DNA from: Tubulanus polymorphus
Taxonomy: Eukaryota > Animalia > Nemertea
DNA: 64,000 bases
NCBI RefSeq assembly: GCF_964204645.1
Contig: NC_134030.1
Span: 3,390,778 to 3,454,777 of the forward strand
Direction: 5' to 3'
Part shown: positions 12,390-27,200 of the stretch, one piece after another
Layout of the letters: the number at the start of each line of letters is the position of its first letter
How positions within the stretch are numbered: the stretch's first letter is position 1
Notes under the pieces: model-generated
The model's database searches: none
What the model saw: only the letters and a program-made list of their open reading frames with translations
Told to the model about the DNA's origin: nothing
Position numbers and translations under genes: made by a program

Positions 12390-15299
12390 GGAAAATAGGA
12401 GTAACTGTTCTGGTAACGAAACAAACTTCAATCTGATTCAAATTAAATCGCGCACGATGTATTAACACGGCACACGCGGTGTGACTAAACATTTAACGCT
12501 AGTTTCGCGTATTCGAACCCGACCGAGTACTGCTAAACACGCTCGAGAAGCCAATCGCCGAGAGATGTGTACTGATGTAAACGTTATAGTATTTATTCCC
12601 TTTCCGCACTTGCACGTTCAAATTTAACCTTATACTCATTAATTACCATTCATATTTTGGAAAGTCCGCTTTCCTGTTGTATATACACTAGTACATCCCC
12701 GTAGCCGATTATTATTCTTAATTCAGTTCGCACACGAATTAAATATCGGTCGATGAGCCCGCGTGGTCGTTCGATTATCTCAAGTTCCACCGCGGAATAG
12801 GTTTTTATCTAGGCCCTACTGTATTTGTTTTTTTTTTTGGTAGGTAAACACCTGCGACAGACAGACAGACAGACAGACGGGGACGTGTTGTTGAACGTTC
12901 CGACGACACAGTAGTGTTCCATATACGAATCAATGTTCACGAACACGCGTCCTCAAACTGCGACTTTGAAAAAATCCTGCAATCATGAATAGGCGACCAG
13001 TGTGAGTTCAATAACCGTTTGAAACATATAAAGAAACACTAAGCGATATTTTCGTTCGATTTTTTAATCTTACTTTTACACAAAAGTCCCGAATGAGCGC
13101 TCTATTTACTCAAAAGAATTGATTGTCCGCTTTAGAATATATCTATTCGTAGTCCATGGTTTAACGAACTTTTGATCATTCACAGTGATTATAAACTGAA
13201 CATAAACGGCACAAGGTTGGCGACTGTACTCCAAAACTGGCATATTTCCATTTTTGTGTCAAAGCTTTCCACGTATATATCAGCGATTAATGACGTTTTT
13301 TTTATATTTAATGATATAGTTGAATTTTATGTAGGCGCATTTTATCCTAAAACTGTGTCGGCTGAGACTAGTGACATATTGTACGACAAAATAAACTCGT
13401 TCTACGACGAGCGCTTGTGTACAGCGTGTGTGTGTGACATTCATTATTTGAATAATGTCCCTTTTTTCGTACGTAATGTCAATGCCTAGATATCCAGCCG
13501 GTGCTGCGTTCCAGGCGTCCATGAATCAATTCAAATTCTAATCAATAAGGTTATATTTACTTTAAAGAGTCAACGCATCGTCGACACCCTTGAGATTCAA
13601 GTCAAAAGAGGTTTTCGATCTGACCATAACTGTCTGGAATTGGTTACAAAACCAAAACTGACTGGTCTTAAGTTGTTGAATTGTTTTTAACCGCCGCTTT
13701 CTAGTCTTAAATCTAGGCGATATAACTTTGTAAAATTGCCCGTGAGATCAATATTATTTCGAATTAAAACTTTTTCTTTTTGTTGTATTTAGATTAATTA
13801 ATTAGATTTGCCATTTGTATATATCCTCTGCGGATAATTCAATGTTGGTGCTGTTAGAAGGAAAGACGCGGCGTCTGTTTAGTTAACGTTTGCAGTTGTT
13901 TCTTAAAGGTTGCGGTTCTTTAACCACAGGGACAATAACAAACCCCCTTTTCTTTTTACAGGGTGCGATATGATTAATGTACCAGGTAGTATAAAGCATT
14001 CGTATATTTATGTACAGTATTTGTATTACATGTAGACTACACTTATTTCCAGCTAATCTTATTTTTATTTCTTAATAACATTCAATAGCTCATTGCTTTA
14101 CTCTGCTTCTTACCTATGAATACAGTGTAAAAATATCGAAAAACCTCAAGGCTGAGTCTAGGAATCAGTGAGAGGAAGAGAGGTTGTTTCCTTGGCCAAA
14201 TCCGATATCTCAGCGCTCTGTATGGGTTTCCGACCCTGCGCAATTTCTAATGGCGTCGTTTTCAATTGATGATTATGCCTCATCCAACATTCAATAAATG
14301 GACCAGAAGCAACAATTCAATACAGAAGAAAACAAGAAAGCTAACTTGAAAGTTTATTGACGCCTTGAAATATAACTCAAATATTGCGCTGTCGACGATA
14401 GACGATAGTAGATATGATATCAATGATATGATATTACTAACGTTATTTTGAATTTGAATATATCGACAATTAAATTGAATATACCGGCTCCGAAATCGAT
14501 CACGTAGTGCACATTCGTTTACGAAATACCCCAATTGCCATTGAAAAATCATGTTTGATAAAAGAAGACATGAAATTTATCTAATTACAAAACAAACGCC
14601 AAAATTCACATGTTTTTTTGTTATTTTAAAATCACACTAATAGTGATGACGTAGTGCACGGTACACCTTAGCTAATGCGTAGTAGTTTTTAAATGTGTAA
14701 GAACATTTTTGTGATGATTTATACGGCGTCAAAAATATATATGTTAAGGGGATGGGTGCTCTGACTGCTGCTGGCCCCGCACCTGAATACACCGCGGTGA
14801 ATATCCCTTATAAGGCAGAATTGAACGATGATGCATACGACATTTTCCAGTCTCAATTTTAGACACGTTTGTAGAACAAACTCTGCGCGGTCATTGAGTA
14901 AATATATCCTATGCAAAATATTTGTATATGTGCAATTGTGAATCACTTGATAGATGTGACGATCAAGGACGATCAAGGGCGGAAATAGGTGTCAAGCCGC
15001 AGTCAAAAGTTCTAATGAAATATGACACCACTGATGTTTTAAAAAATATAACCAGAACGGAAAAAAATATTCACTCTTTTCTATAAGATAAAAAAGGACA
15101 TTTAGGCGTTCATAAAAGGCATTCTAAAAAATTTGAAAACTATTCAAACGTTCCCTTACTTCGTCTTGATATAAATATTGATAAAAGTGGTTAACGAACT
15201 TTACTTTTCTGAATAGAGGTTAAAAAACGATTTTTGAATGTATATTTGCACCGAGACTATGTTTTTATAAACAGACATGAATTCACGACACTGATCTCT

Positions 15300-17841
15300 T
15301 TACCGGATACATTTTTTCGTATCATCGAATGATTTAATGTAATCGAGGACCAAGTTTATACGCTCCTGTCTGTTCAGATTGTCTATGAGTATAAACGGAA
15401 TTTGATGCTTGTCTAGTTCGCGTACTAACAGTTCAGTAAACGAACGCAACTCGGAGATACTCGACTGCAACCTGACTCCATCTTCGCTTAAACATTCAAC
15501 GTGCGGAGATACGACGAACAACAATGACCTTTTCAACCTGCAATAGTGAACAGTATAGTACAAATAAACATTATTATTATCATTGATAATGATAATTTAT
15601 ACATCAAAGTAGCGTGAGAAAAACCCCAGATATTATGATCATAATCAGCCACCAGTTCCTTGTATTCTTTTTGTCTAAATCCGTTCATCTCACCACCTAT
15701 AGATGACGACAATTTTTTTAAAGTTGGTGGTGCAAAATAAAATGTTTGTTGAGTTTTACCATCAACAGGTTACGATATTGAAAAACTTTATCAGTTTAGA
15801 AGCAGTTTCATTCAAGCCATTTTACTGTCTCGTATTCCATTTGTTTTAATCAATGTTTTATGTAAGTGTGCTATCAGTGAATACAATAATACAAATACCA
15901 ACAATATCTTAAAGCGCATTAGAGAATTCATTCTATATATGTTTAAAAGACGGAATCTGAATTTAAACGATATACGTTTATCAAGCGAACTGTGAAATCC
16001 ATATAAGATTGTCATATATATAAAAGTATTTGATTACTTTAATAGATTATGAATATTATGAATATTATCATTAAGGGAGCAGTCAGCATTTATGGTGAAT
16101 AAGGCACCGAATATGATAAGAATGATTTTTCATAGAATCAAATTAGCAATAGAAAAAGAATACATGTATATATTGTTGATAACGAATGAATGATTCAAAT
16201 TTCTTGATTTTCATCATTCATAAAAACGAAAACTCGAAGAATAGCTGTGAAGGATTGATATGAAGGAAGCAATGTGCGGATAAGATTATAGGTTATCCGA
16301 TATGAACATTTTGGCGTTACTAATAGATGTAAATTTTCTATATAATCTTATATAATCTTATGGAAAATATACAGCTAGGATGGCGTTCACCCAGGCACGG
16401 AATTGGTGGTGGCCGACAGGGCTGTTAAAGTTGGTTTTCACAAACCGGTTAACAGACACAATCGCTGACTATTAACTTGCTCATGTAATAGAAAAATCAG
16501 ACTGTAATGAATTTATTGTAATAACAATCTAGTTTTACTGTGAACATATACGTTTAAAGTTTAATAGTTTTCGTAAGTTTTTATATTTCAGAAATTTATT
16601 TATTTCATTTATGAACCTGTTCAACCACGTTCGTAAACCGGGTAACTCCAGTAATTCGCGTTTAGCTTCGCTGTTGATGTAATATTCGCAGTAAACCAAC
16701 GGCTCCAGTCCGCGATCCGATATGAAATCTACAAACAAACAAAAACAATACGTGGTTGTACGTGTAAAATCGTCTTCGTAATTCAAGGGGAAACAAAGTA
16801 ATTATCTTAACGAATTATCATTACGTTCTCCGTGCATTATGTATAGGAATTTTTGAAATGTAACAATACACAAGAAATAAAAGATGAAAAACATAGAAAT
16901 ATATATCGATGGTTTCTGTTTACTGTAAACCTCAGTGTCAGTGTATCACATATTGGGTACCGATGCAAGCACTTCCAGGAATGAGCGAATGGTCTCCGGA
17001 GAGACTCCTAGTCAAATATTTAACAGTTCTATGGTTTTCTATTGCGTTAATCAGACACCGAGGGAAGGGGACGAAGGCTAAGTTCTTAATGAATGACGAG
17101 AATTATGGAATCTTCTATTATATTGATATACGCACCGATATTCTGACTAGTATTATGTTCATCAATTCTCATCTGTTCCTCGATAATTTCTGTGTTTAAA
17201 CGACGAAACATTTCAGGGTTTTTGGACGGTTGAAAGTCGTTTCTAGACCAGCCGTTTCTTTCAATGATCTTCCTCGCCACCTATAGGAGTTTAACGCGGT
17301 TAGTTTATCTCTATATTTTTGAGGCGAGAGAACTGAGGTGGGAATAATATAAATCAATAAAAACCAAATTTCACACTCCATGCAATCCTAGGTGGATTGA
17401 TGAATGAAAAATGTTTCTCCGCAGAATAATTTTCTTGTTAAGCTGTTTAAAGATAAGTATAAACGCCAGCTCGAAATTTCGAGGTTTCATTCGTAGAAAT
17501 CTAGGACAATCGTCGCATGGGCTCAAAACTGCATTTTAATATATCTCTGTTCCTTAAAAGAATGACTTTTAGCTAAACTAACCACTCGATAACAGTCTTA
17601 AACCCAACGCACACGGCACCGAAAAAACGTTTTTCACGAGCAAAAGACGTTTTCCGAAAAGACGTGTTTCTGTTTCGGCGAAACAAATGTTTATGCCGTG
17701 TGCGTTGGGCTTTAAGATTTTGAGTTTGACGTCACTTACTTCCTCGACCACGTGGATATTTTTCAAATGAGGGATTACATCGTGCAGCAATGTAGTTTTT
17801 CCAGTACTGTGAGCCCCGCATATATAGATCCTTAACACCAT
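15300..17841 (-). CDS. NadR/Ttd14-type (AAA_28) P-loop NTPase/kinase-like protein, 198 aa, 4 exons (17740-17841, 17136-17280, 16617-16728, 15300-15537)
   Basis: Walker A GAHSTGKTT at the N-terminus, EEVAR, ISDR and EDGVR motifs. Exon phases sum to 597 nt with canonical GT-AG sites. Confidence 0.8.
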
Positions 17842-18053
17842 ACTTACACAGTATAGAGACGTATGAACTTAACTTACTAAAACGTTTAAGCGATTTCAAG
17901 CTGTTAGAAAACGTCTTAATCGTTGCTATATCATAATGTTTAAGCGACAAACCGGATTATATTGAAAGAAATGTGGTGAAAATTGTTTTCAATGCGATTT
18001 TTACATGTGTCATGTGGGTATTCACAGCATTGGTCACCTATATGGCAGTACAA

Positions 18054-18161
18054 CAGGGCCCGGTTTTATAGACTTACTTAAACCCGAGGCTAAATGAATT
18101 CATTTTCAATTGAGTTAACCCCCGGCTTAAAGGTAATACCAGTCTTTAAAACCGGGCTCTG
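18054..18161. mobile_element. MITE-like palindrome (CAGGGCCCGGTTTTATAGACT...AGTCTTTAAAACCGGGCTCTG)
   Basis: Terminal inverted repeats with termini similar to families A and B. Confidence 0.65.
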
Positions 18162-18522
18162 AGTTATATCTGATTGGTGCCGTACAAATGCCGTATATTT
18201 CGATGTATAATTGATGGAAATAGACGTCGAACGACTTATGATTAATTTGATTTATACATTTCATGAGAAGCCCGAAGCGAGAGCCGTCTCAACGACAAGG
18301 GTAAAATTCTGATGATTAATAGAAGTATAAATACTGTACTGATTTTCTCCTGCGATTCACGCGACAAAATATCCTTAGTTTTGATCGATCTCGATATCAG
18401 GGCACTGGAAAATATGATAACATTTTGAATCTCCCCCTATCTGCCCTCTTCTACTTCTAGCAAGTACTCATGATTATCTGTCAAATACTGTATCCTTTCT
18501 CTCCCTCGCTGTTCCCTTCCAA

Positions 18523-18669
18523 AGGGGCTCGCATCAGAGTTGTAGGTAATGTAAAAACGATAATCTGTTAATCCAATGTCTATAATATATATAGTTATTT
18601 TATATATACTATACATTGGATTAACAGATTATCGTTTTTACATTACCTACAACTCTGATACGAGCCCCT
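18523..18669. repeat. Near-perfect hairpin/palindrome with ~65-70 bp arms and a TA-rich centre
   Basis: AGGGGCTCGCATCAGAGTTGTAGGTAATGTAAAAACGATAATCTGTTAATCCAATGT and its reverse complement on the right arm. Confidence 0.9.
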
Positions 18670-19655
18670 GTGTTCTCTTCAGCATGTCGCATGTGAAATG
18701 AATATGCATCAAGTACTGTCTCGCTGTCTCCTCTCTGTCTGTTTCTTTCTGTCTCCTGAATACGTGTGAAATGTATTTATTGCTGAACATGGTATTAATC
18801 TTATTGCACGCAATTAATGAATTCTTACTTTCGTGCACAGACATACTGCCGAACTATGTATCGATAATTCCTTCAGGCTTCTGCATCAGAGAGAGACTCT
18901 CAGAGAGAGACTGAGAGAGAGTGGAGAGAGCCGTGGCACACGGTATGCACACACAGCGAGAGACATAGAGACAGAGAGCACAGAGATACCCGGGAAACTG
19001 ATGCATTCTATCGATCAACATCATCAACCGTTCGGTTATACCGATAACATACATAAACATCAGTATCATCCTCTATATACGACTCTCCTCCTCACGGTCA
19101 TCGTTTCCAACATTTCAGACATGTTCGGATCATTTTGCTTGTCAAGAAATGGCTGCGCTGTGGTGGTCGGTGATCATTAAAAGCGGTCTGGGATACTGGA
19201 AATAATCGTGTACGGAATACCGATTCACGATCATACGTCGTGCATACATACTCAGCTTCCATATTGGTACAGATACACCAGAACAGTTCAGGTCTGGAGA
19301 AACAATATGAAACCAGCTCTTTTCGAGCTTAAAATGAATCGGAATATACGAGATGAATTGGAACTGATCGATCTGCATTTTGTTTGAACAAAGCGACGAA
19401 GACATTTATCGGAAAACGCGGATTTTAACTCACAGGTCGTGTCGTTTCATCATGTAGTGATATCGCGCTCGAATTCATAACCCGTAAATTATAAGAACTA
19501 TTAAAACAAAACGTTACCGAGGAATAAACAGAGAATATAGTACTGAGTACCTCTGATTTGATTAACGCTGGTTTATGATAGAATACATCGTTAATATTTT
19601 CCACAACGCAGTAGATAGCCTCTAGCCGGGTGTGTGTGTGTATCACAGATACACC

Positions 19656-21656
19656 ATGACGACTATTTTATCTCCATATATCAGGACGATGCAGTTTTGG
19701 ACTATTATCAGTTTCCTTAACATAATTCTGTTAACGGTAACAGTTATAAAAGCAGGTATATATACATATTATTCTTACAGATATATAATACTGATTTTAA
19801 TGTTTTTAATGAACTAACTAACGAAACTCCAATTGGTTATACACATTTTTATGACATTTTTTCAGGGGATCCGATTGTTTCGTGTGATTTCGAAAGTGGT
19901 TCTATGTGTGGATGGACGGCTGCCTCAAACCCGGAATCTTTGTGGTTAGGAATAGAAACAGTGAAACCTAAATATCCGTATCAAGGACATAGTCCTAGTG
20001 AGTATCAGTTTTTTATGTTTAAATGTCACTTCGAAAGTGATTATTCTGTATGCAAACACGAGCGTCATATTGGCCGTCAACTAGGACATTTTTACTTCAG
20101 TTTACGGCCAATATGACAGTGCATAACCTTTATATAGCATTGTGTGCGCCAGCCGTCATCATCTCTGTGTAATCTTCGACTTATGCAAATAAGATTTTGT
20201 CTATAGGCCATCGATTGTCTTTGTTGAAATTTGCATATATGCAAATAAGATTGAATAGCCTCTATACAATCACAGATACAAAATGTTCTATGGACTTTGT
20301 GACTGTTTTTCCATTTACTTACCGGTAACTCTCATTTTTCTGACAGATCCAAAAGAAAGTGGTCACATGTTAAGCTTACATCTAGGTCAAGGTTACTCAA
20401 AAGACGAAGGCTGGAGTTTCGCCTCGCTGTACAGTGACGTCATTGACGCTCGAACCCCGAAATGTCTGTCGTTCTGGTATATTTCCCGCCAGCTATCCTG
20501 GGGCAACCAGGACCGTTACTTTCAAATATTCGTTAAACCTATCGATAGTTCGTACGTCATACCGCAAGGAGCGATGACAATTCCGTACGAGCATGATCCG
20601 AAATTACCGTGGAACAATCTACAGAAAACGATAGAAGCGATCGGAGGTCCTGGATACAAGGTAAATGATATGAGATAAAATTTATATTCTTTCTTATATT
20701 ACCGTTTTAAAACACGGGTAGGGCGGGGTCAATCACACCCTAGTAACAACGATTGTGAGATTTGATAAATGATTGTGATTTTTATGATAGAAGCCTCTAG
20801 ACCTATGGCATGAAGTTATCTTTATCATAGTCCTAGAATATCAAGTTATATTTGAAAGGTGTTTTTTAAAGGGAAATTTAAATGCACGTATATACGTATT
20901 ACAGATAGAAGTTCGTCAGTACTGGTACGACGAAACCGGTGGCATTAGCTGGAGAAATGTTACGTTGTTCGATGATCTTGTAATAAGTGACGGACCTTGT
21001 GGTGAGTAATGAAATCTCACCCATATCACGACAAACGTTTAATAAACGATGTTATTCTATATCACGAAAATCGAAAAGCATTTTTTGAGCAAAAATCGCC
21101 TTGAAGTAAATGACGATGTATTAAACGTGTTTCTGTTTTTACAGGTAAAGATACAGTAGATCCGGTTTGTAGTGAAAACGGAGTAGTGACCTGTACGAAT
21201 AAACGATGTATCTCATCGTTTCACAGATGTAACGGTATCTGGAACGAGTGTGGACCATCAGATAGCGCCGATGAACCCGACTGTAAAGAACCTGACGGTA
21301 AAAAAAACGATTCATAGCCTAAATTGAATAACCATTATCCTAGCAGCCCGATAACCGAATAGGACCTCTACTAGCTAATACAAACTGTATGACGTATGTA
21401 ATGTATATATTTTTTAGATTATTCGTGGGTGAGCGTGTTTCCCCTCGGGTTCGTGTTTCTAATCTTCATCCTGTTCATCTATCGTTTCTATCTGCGGCCG
21501 CGTAAACGCGAAGAAGAGTACCCGTACGTCGCCTGTCAAGGATTCAAAGTGCTGAAAGCGAGAGTCAACGGTAACAGGCCCAAGAGGAAATTCCGATATC
21601 CGGTTAAAAAATCAGAATCGACCGAGAAGATTATTCAAAAACCGGCTGAGGTTTGA
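19656..21656 (+). CDS. Type I membrane protein: signal peptide, one MAM domain, one LDL-receptor class A repeat, TM helix and short basic tail; 6 exons (19656-19755, 19866-~19997, 20348-20660, 20905-21001, 21145-21297, 21418-21656)
   Basis: CDFESGSMCGW and CLSFWY (MAM); CTNKRCISSFHRCNGIWNECGPSDSADEPDC (LDLa); hydrophobic VFPLGFVFLIFILFIY followed by RFYLRPRKR. Confidence 0.8.
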
Positions 21657-23734
21657 ATCAAACAGCCGTAAAAGAGAAACCAAAGATACACAGATAAAAA
21701 GTCGGAACTTCCATTTCACGAATACAGTCACCTCCGATATACCGCCCCCCTGATAGACCTTCACCCCCACCCATCTACAGGTTGAACATCGGAATTTTGT
21801 CTTGGAACTAGTCAAAATCGACCCCCTACATATCTAGTCCATAGTCTTTACACCAGCTAAGTCCTAAATCATTGATGGGTGGCATATCGGGGCTTGACTG
21901 CACAGCTTAGATCGCATTTTCACAGGTGGCTTGTTAAATATCGAATTGTGACTGTCGATTTTGATCTTTTCAAATTTATGTCGCGGGACAGTCAACAACA
22001 ATACGGCTAAAGAAAAAACTCAAGCGAAACAAATGTATGAATCTTCTATAAACGAAAAACTTTTTTATGGCAAATCTACGTGTTTTTCATAATTCAATAT
22101 GCAAATCAAAGATTATATCAGATATCAGATATTCTTCAAATTTCTCGATTGAATGGTTGTTGTTTTATTGGAAGCCTTTTACACCGGAACAAGCTAATCA
22201 TCGCAAACACATTTCTACATGTAATTTTCAAAGAAACAGTTTGTTCAATTTTGTGTCAAAAAAATCGGTTTAAGTTCAATAGGGGTCTTGCAGCCGTGTG
22301 CTTTTCTCGGGTCTTTTCGACTTTTTGCCAAACATAATATATGATGTCAGACCCACGAAATTCTCTGGACCCAGTTTCACATTTCTGAATTAGAATTAAA
22401 TCACAGTCCACTCATTGAAAAAGAACTAATTTTAACTTAAAGTCAACTCTAGATTCATAACTGTGGAACTGAATCCTGATTATCTGTTGTCGTTATGTAT
22501 TGCAAGTCTCAAACATTGGTTGGCAAACGAAAAATGACCTATGCGCAAGACCTCCGCTACGGAGCTGTCAATGTCGAAACCATTATATTGCTTTGATATA
22601 CCGGTAGGAGATTTATTCACACATCTTAACCTACGTGCAACAGAACTTATATCATGAATTCTATCCCAGCACATTCTAGTAAGAAAACAAATATAAATTC
22701 TCTCGAAAGAGCAGCGAAATAATTATAGGCCGAATAGATTAATTATGTTAATTTATTCTTTTAGATATTGTCTATTGAAATCTATCGCCGTCAAGGAATT
22801 AGATGAACATTTATTCGCTATTTTGCGACTTTTTCATAGATTTTAAATCCTCCATAAATTGTAAATATTGATTTTTTTACTTTTTTCATACAATTGAAAC
22901 GTTTATTATTTCATTGTCTGAGTGTATACATAAATATACATAAACTATATGATAAATGCTTTTTATAAATACGTAATACTGTTATCATTATGATTATTGT
23001 TATTTGTTTTATTGATTTGTTGAATTATACATGAATGTCAATGTGTTTTAGTTTTTCTAAGCTGCGAATAAAGTTAGATAATCAAAAGCTTCTTCTAAAA
23101 AATGATACTGTTTCATGTTTTGATACTTCGATTAGACTACATCCTGTTTGACAATTGGTTTTAGGTTCATATGTAATGAGATTTAGGTAGCTAGGCCTAA
23201 TTCGAGGTCTATGTCGCATATTATCAGATGAGTTCTCAAAGTTTAAGACTGCATACACCAGGGAGGGAGTATTTTTGAAGAACTTGTCACATCCCAAAAG
23301 TGCACTTTGATGTCCAAAAGCACTCCTGCGCTGAAATGAAAACGAGCGCTCGGAAATCAACTCTGCGCACACGGTATGGCTCACGTAGATGATGCCCTCA
23401 CTGTGAATAAAGGTTATTTGCCCTAGCGAGTGGAAACTGAGAATATCGTGCCGTCATCATTACCACTTCATTGTTATCTCAAAATCCTACTGGCAATACT
23501 GATTAATTAAATCACGGGCAATATAAGTACCTGTGACCTGCCTTCCGCGATCAATTTCAATTTATAGTTCAATAATCGAATTTATGTTCTTCATATTTTA
23601 CCTTCATATTTCAAAGATACAAGTACATTAAACCTATATTGCAGAAATACGCCTGAAATGTTGTGGAAATTAGAATCCTGAAATTGGCGTGTACCAGCAC
23701 CAGTCAGCTGACGATAAGTGCATTTATTTTGCGG

Positions 23735-23842
23735 TAGAGAGGCGGGAAAGATAGGAAGAGAGGGGAGGTAGAGGATAGGAGAGAGGAGAATGAGGAGGAC
23801 AAGAAGGGAAGAGAGGGACAGGGAGACGAGGGAGGGAGAGAT
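23735..23842 (+). repeat. Purine-rich (GA) low-complexity tract
   Basis: Almost only G and A. Confidence 0.8.
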
Positions 23843-24282
23843 CTGTGAGTTTTGAATGGAGACAAATCTATACACATCTTTATGAATAATTTCTTCACTC
23901 ATAAACGCCGTCGATATGAATGAAAATGACGTCACCGCTCTAACATCCAATGATATTACAGTATCGCCCGGCCGCGCGTTGGTGGGTGTCGTGAATAATT
24001 AAAACCATCACGGTATCGGACGGTGAGATAGAGACAGAGAGACAGAGAGAGACGCTGGGCGTACGTTTAATCAGAGAATACACGTAACCGCTCGGAAATA
24101 ATCGTCACTTGAACGGCCGGATAAAACCGCGTGAAATTCCAGTCGGCTCCGAGTCCAATTAGCTACGACGAGAGGCTGATTTTTACTCAGATAACACACG
24201 CCGCCGCGCATCTCTTCGAATCTATCTCCTCGTGAGTGTTTAATCTTGCAGTGTTAACGACGGACGGACACTAGTATTCCAA

Positions 24283-27200
24283 ATGGGAACCTCACCTGCC
24301 ACAGTTACCCGCTTGGTTTTGTTATTATCGCTGATGACCATATTTATTCTACACTCCGCATCTTGTAAGTATTCATCAAATTTTGATTTATTTGCTATAA
24401 ATTACCTTCTTCCAACAACCAATTCTTCTTACGTATGCAAAGCTGGAGTTTAAGACGCTGTTCAGTTTGTTTATGTTTTGCTTATGTTTACACGTCCACA
24501 GTTTTGTTACATTATTCATTTGGTTTCGTTTCGTTGCGATATCAGTGAAGTATGGAATTTGTAGGAAATTGTAGGAAAAGGGAGTATTTTTTGATGTCTC
24601 GAGTCAAAAATGAATACTCTGTTAGCTTTGCAAATAGCTCATAGAATTGAGTCTAAACGTCACTACTCTCTTAGTTTTGCAAATAGCTCATAGAATTGAG
24701 TCTAAACGTCACTACTATCTTAGTTTTTCCTCCTATTGTTGATTTTTTGTTCAATGGAATCATCATCATCACTCGTCCATTGAAACCAATGATTATATTT
24801 TTAGTGCAGATGACACTGTCTCTAGTCTATAGACAGAGACATGTCAGACGGATGTGGGAACTGTTCTGAGATAGACACGATCTGCTAGTTACACATTGAT
24901 TGAGATTAGGATTAATCCCTTATTCATCTGTAGCTGTTATGATTCATACTATACACGATTTATGAAACATCCGACTTATCATCACCATAAACACGGCATC
25001 ATGTCTGTGTCCATCGTGTGCTTGTATAACCGCGTGACATTCGACTGACAGAGAAACCATGGAAATATTCAAAAATTCATCCAGGGTGATGTTATATCTG
25101 TAACCGTAAAATTGCCTTGCAGTTTGAACGTGCTTCATTCAGCAGTTAAAAGTGGGAATGAAGTGCGAGTTGTTGAGACCCAGTTCCACACTGTTCTGGG
25201 TTCAGACTTCACTCTCGGTTTACATAATTGAAGATGAACTATTTTTCATCTAAAGATGAATGTACGCCCAGCGCTTGTGGTACGAACACACAATCTACTG
25301 CCAAGGGTCCTCACTCGAATTCAAGCGCAGGACCGATGCCGGCCTAATGAAAACGTACTCATTGGTGACACTTCGTTAGTTATCGTTCCAAACCTAATTG
25401 ATTCGGGACAAATTGCATGATACAGCAAAAACTTCAAATCTAGTCTTGTCTTCAAAGAATTTCTAAAGGAGAACCAAAAACTGTGCAATCTGGTGCAAGC
25501 CCTACTGCAAATACACATATATATATACATATATTCCATCATATAAGACCGACAAAAAAAGATACAACCTTCACGGGAACACCTACCACAAATAGGAGAA
25601 ATGTAATCAATGTACTGCTTTTAGTTATGTCATTGATATCATAATCTACATAAACAGGTTATAAATAAGAAAACTTGATTGATTGATTATCATCGAAACC
25701 CGATTTTAACCCCTAGATATCCTGGAAATAAGAATATCTATAAATAGCAAGAGGTGGAAAGTTAGTATTCGTGATTTGTGAAGTAAACAGGCGCTTCATT
25801 TAGACTTGAACGAAGACATAATATGATGAGAAATATTGATTTAAATCAGGAGGGAGAGTCTGAATAATTATCATCATTAATTAACCTGCCAGATTTCAGA
25901 TGGATAGTTGACAATTATGGACGTACAGGTACCTTCAGCAAAGAAGTTTCAGTAATAATGATTAAAAAAAAGATGTGAAAATGATGAAAATTTATGAGTA
26001 AAACATAATGAATAATAAGTAAAACATACTTGTAATATCGTATACTGAATGACGCGAAGTTATCAAAACGGACGCGAAGTTATCAAACGGGTTACGAGTA
26101 AACTTTCAACTTGACATAGCCATGCAACATTTCACAATCTAGTCCCGATTCTTGACGTTTTGTTGCTGCTATTACAAATTCCCTTAATTCTACAATTTAT
26201 CATTCAGATTCGATTAACTAAATTGATACTTCCTAACGAAATTCGTAAATCGAGTAATCCCTGCGTGGATGACACTTCACTCTTCTCGGGCGAGAGACAA
26301 ACCTCAATATTAGTTTGTAATTCGTAAAAACTCATTCGAATTAAAGTCTCAAATGTACTCAGTCTCATGTTTATTGAAAGGTTGAAAATATTGTATGAGT
26401 GAATATCGGATGTTTATCAAAAACCACATAATTCGAGGTGTTGTATACAGACCACCGCAATGACGTTTCCAGTTTCTTCGTGTGACATTTCTTGGAAAGT
26501 CTGGAGATTCTTGAGAAGGAGCCGGGGGAATTGACAGCTGGTTTAATTGTTGATAGTTCTTTGAAGAGGGCCTCCTCACACCTCTTGAATCACCCCCGCT
26601 TTTCACATTTAACTCGGACGCGTAGACGTTTCACGGAAGAAGTTCACTAAAGTTCATTTTTGAATCATCATAGCGCAATGCGTTGTGTTTTTTTCTTTTC
26701 ACTTTTGACGAATCGATGTCTTTTGTTCAGGTTTCATAGATTCAAAAGACAACATCATAGCTATCTATGCTGATAAGTACATACGCCTGTGGATGGGTAG
26801 GTTAGTGGCTAATACAGGAGCGGATTTAGGGAACTGATCAGCATCGTTTCTTTTAACGATTCAATTAATGTATGTTGATAGATTTTCAGATAATTACGCT
26901 GCAGTTCTGAGTGTCTGTTCTTAATCGATGTCGGTCACATAAATCTAAATCTAAATTCCATCTTTTATTTTTTTTCTGAGTTCGTTCAGCGCCCGACAAG
27001 CAGCACTAGTAGCAGCAGTAGCAGCAGTAGTTAGTGAGGTTTGATATTAGCTCGGAGGCGACAAGAGACAGATAAACATTCACTATTCATTATATTGTTC
27101 TAGATTTTCCCCATCCCTTCCCATTTCTCAAATTCATCGCGATGTCATCATTTGACCTTTTACACAGCTCAACTGTCTATCAACAGAAATTCCATAACCC

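Noticed and set aside
18833-19405. Several 70-115 aa ORFs with a coding-like look
   Set aside because: Partly GA-repeat sequence, with no consistent splice model or recognisable domain. It could be a decayed element but I cannot support that.
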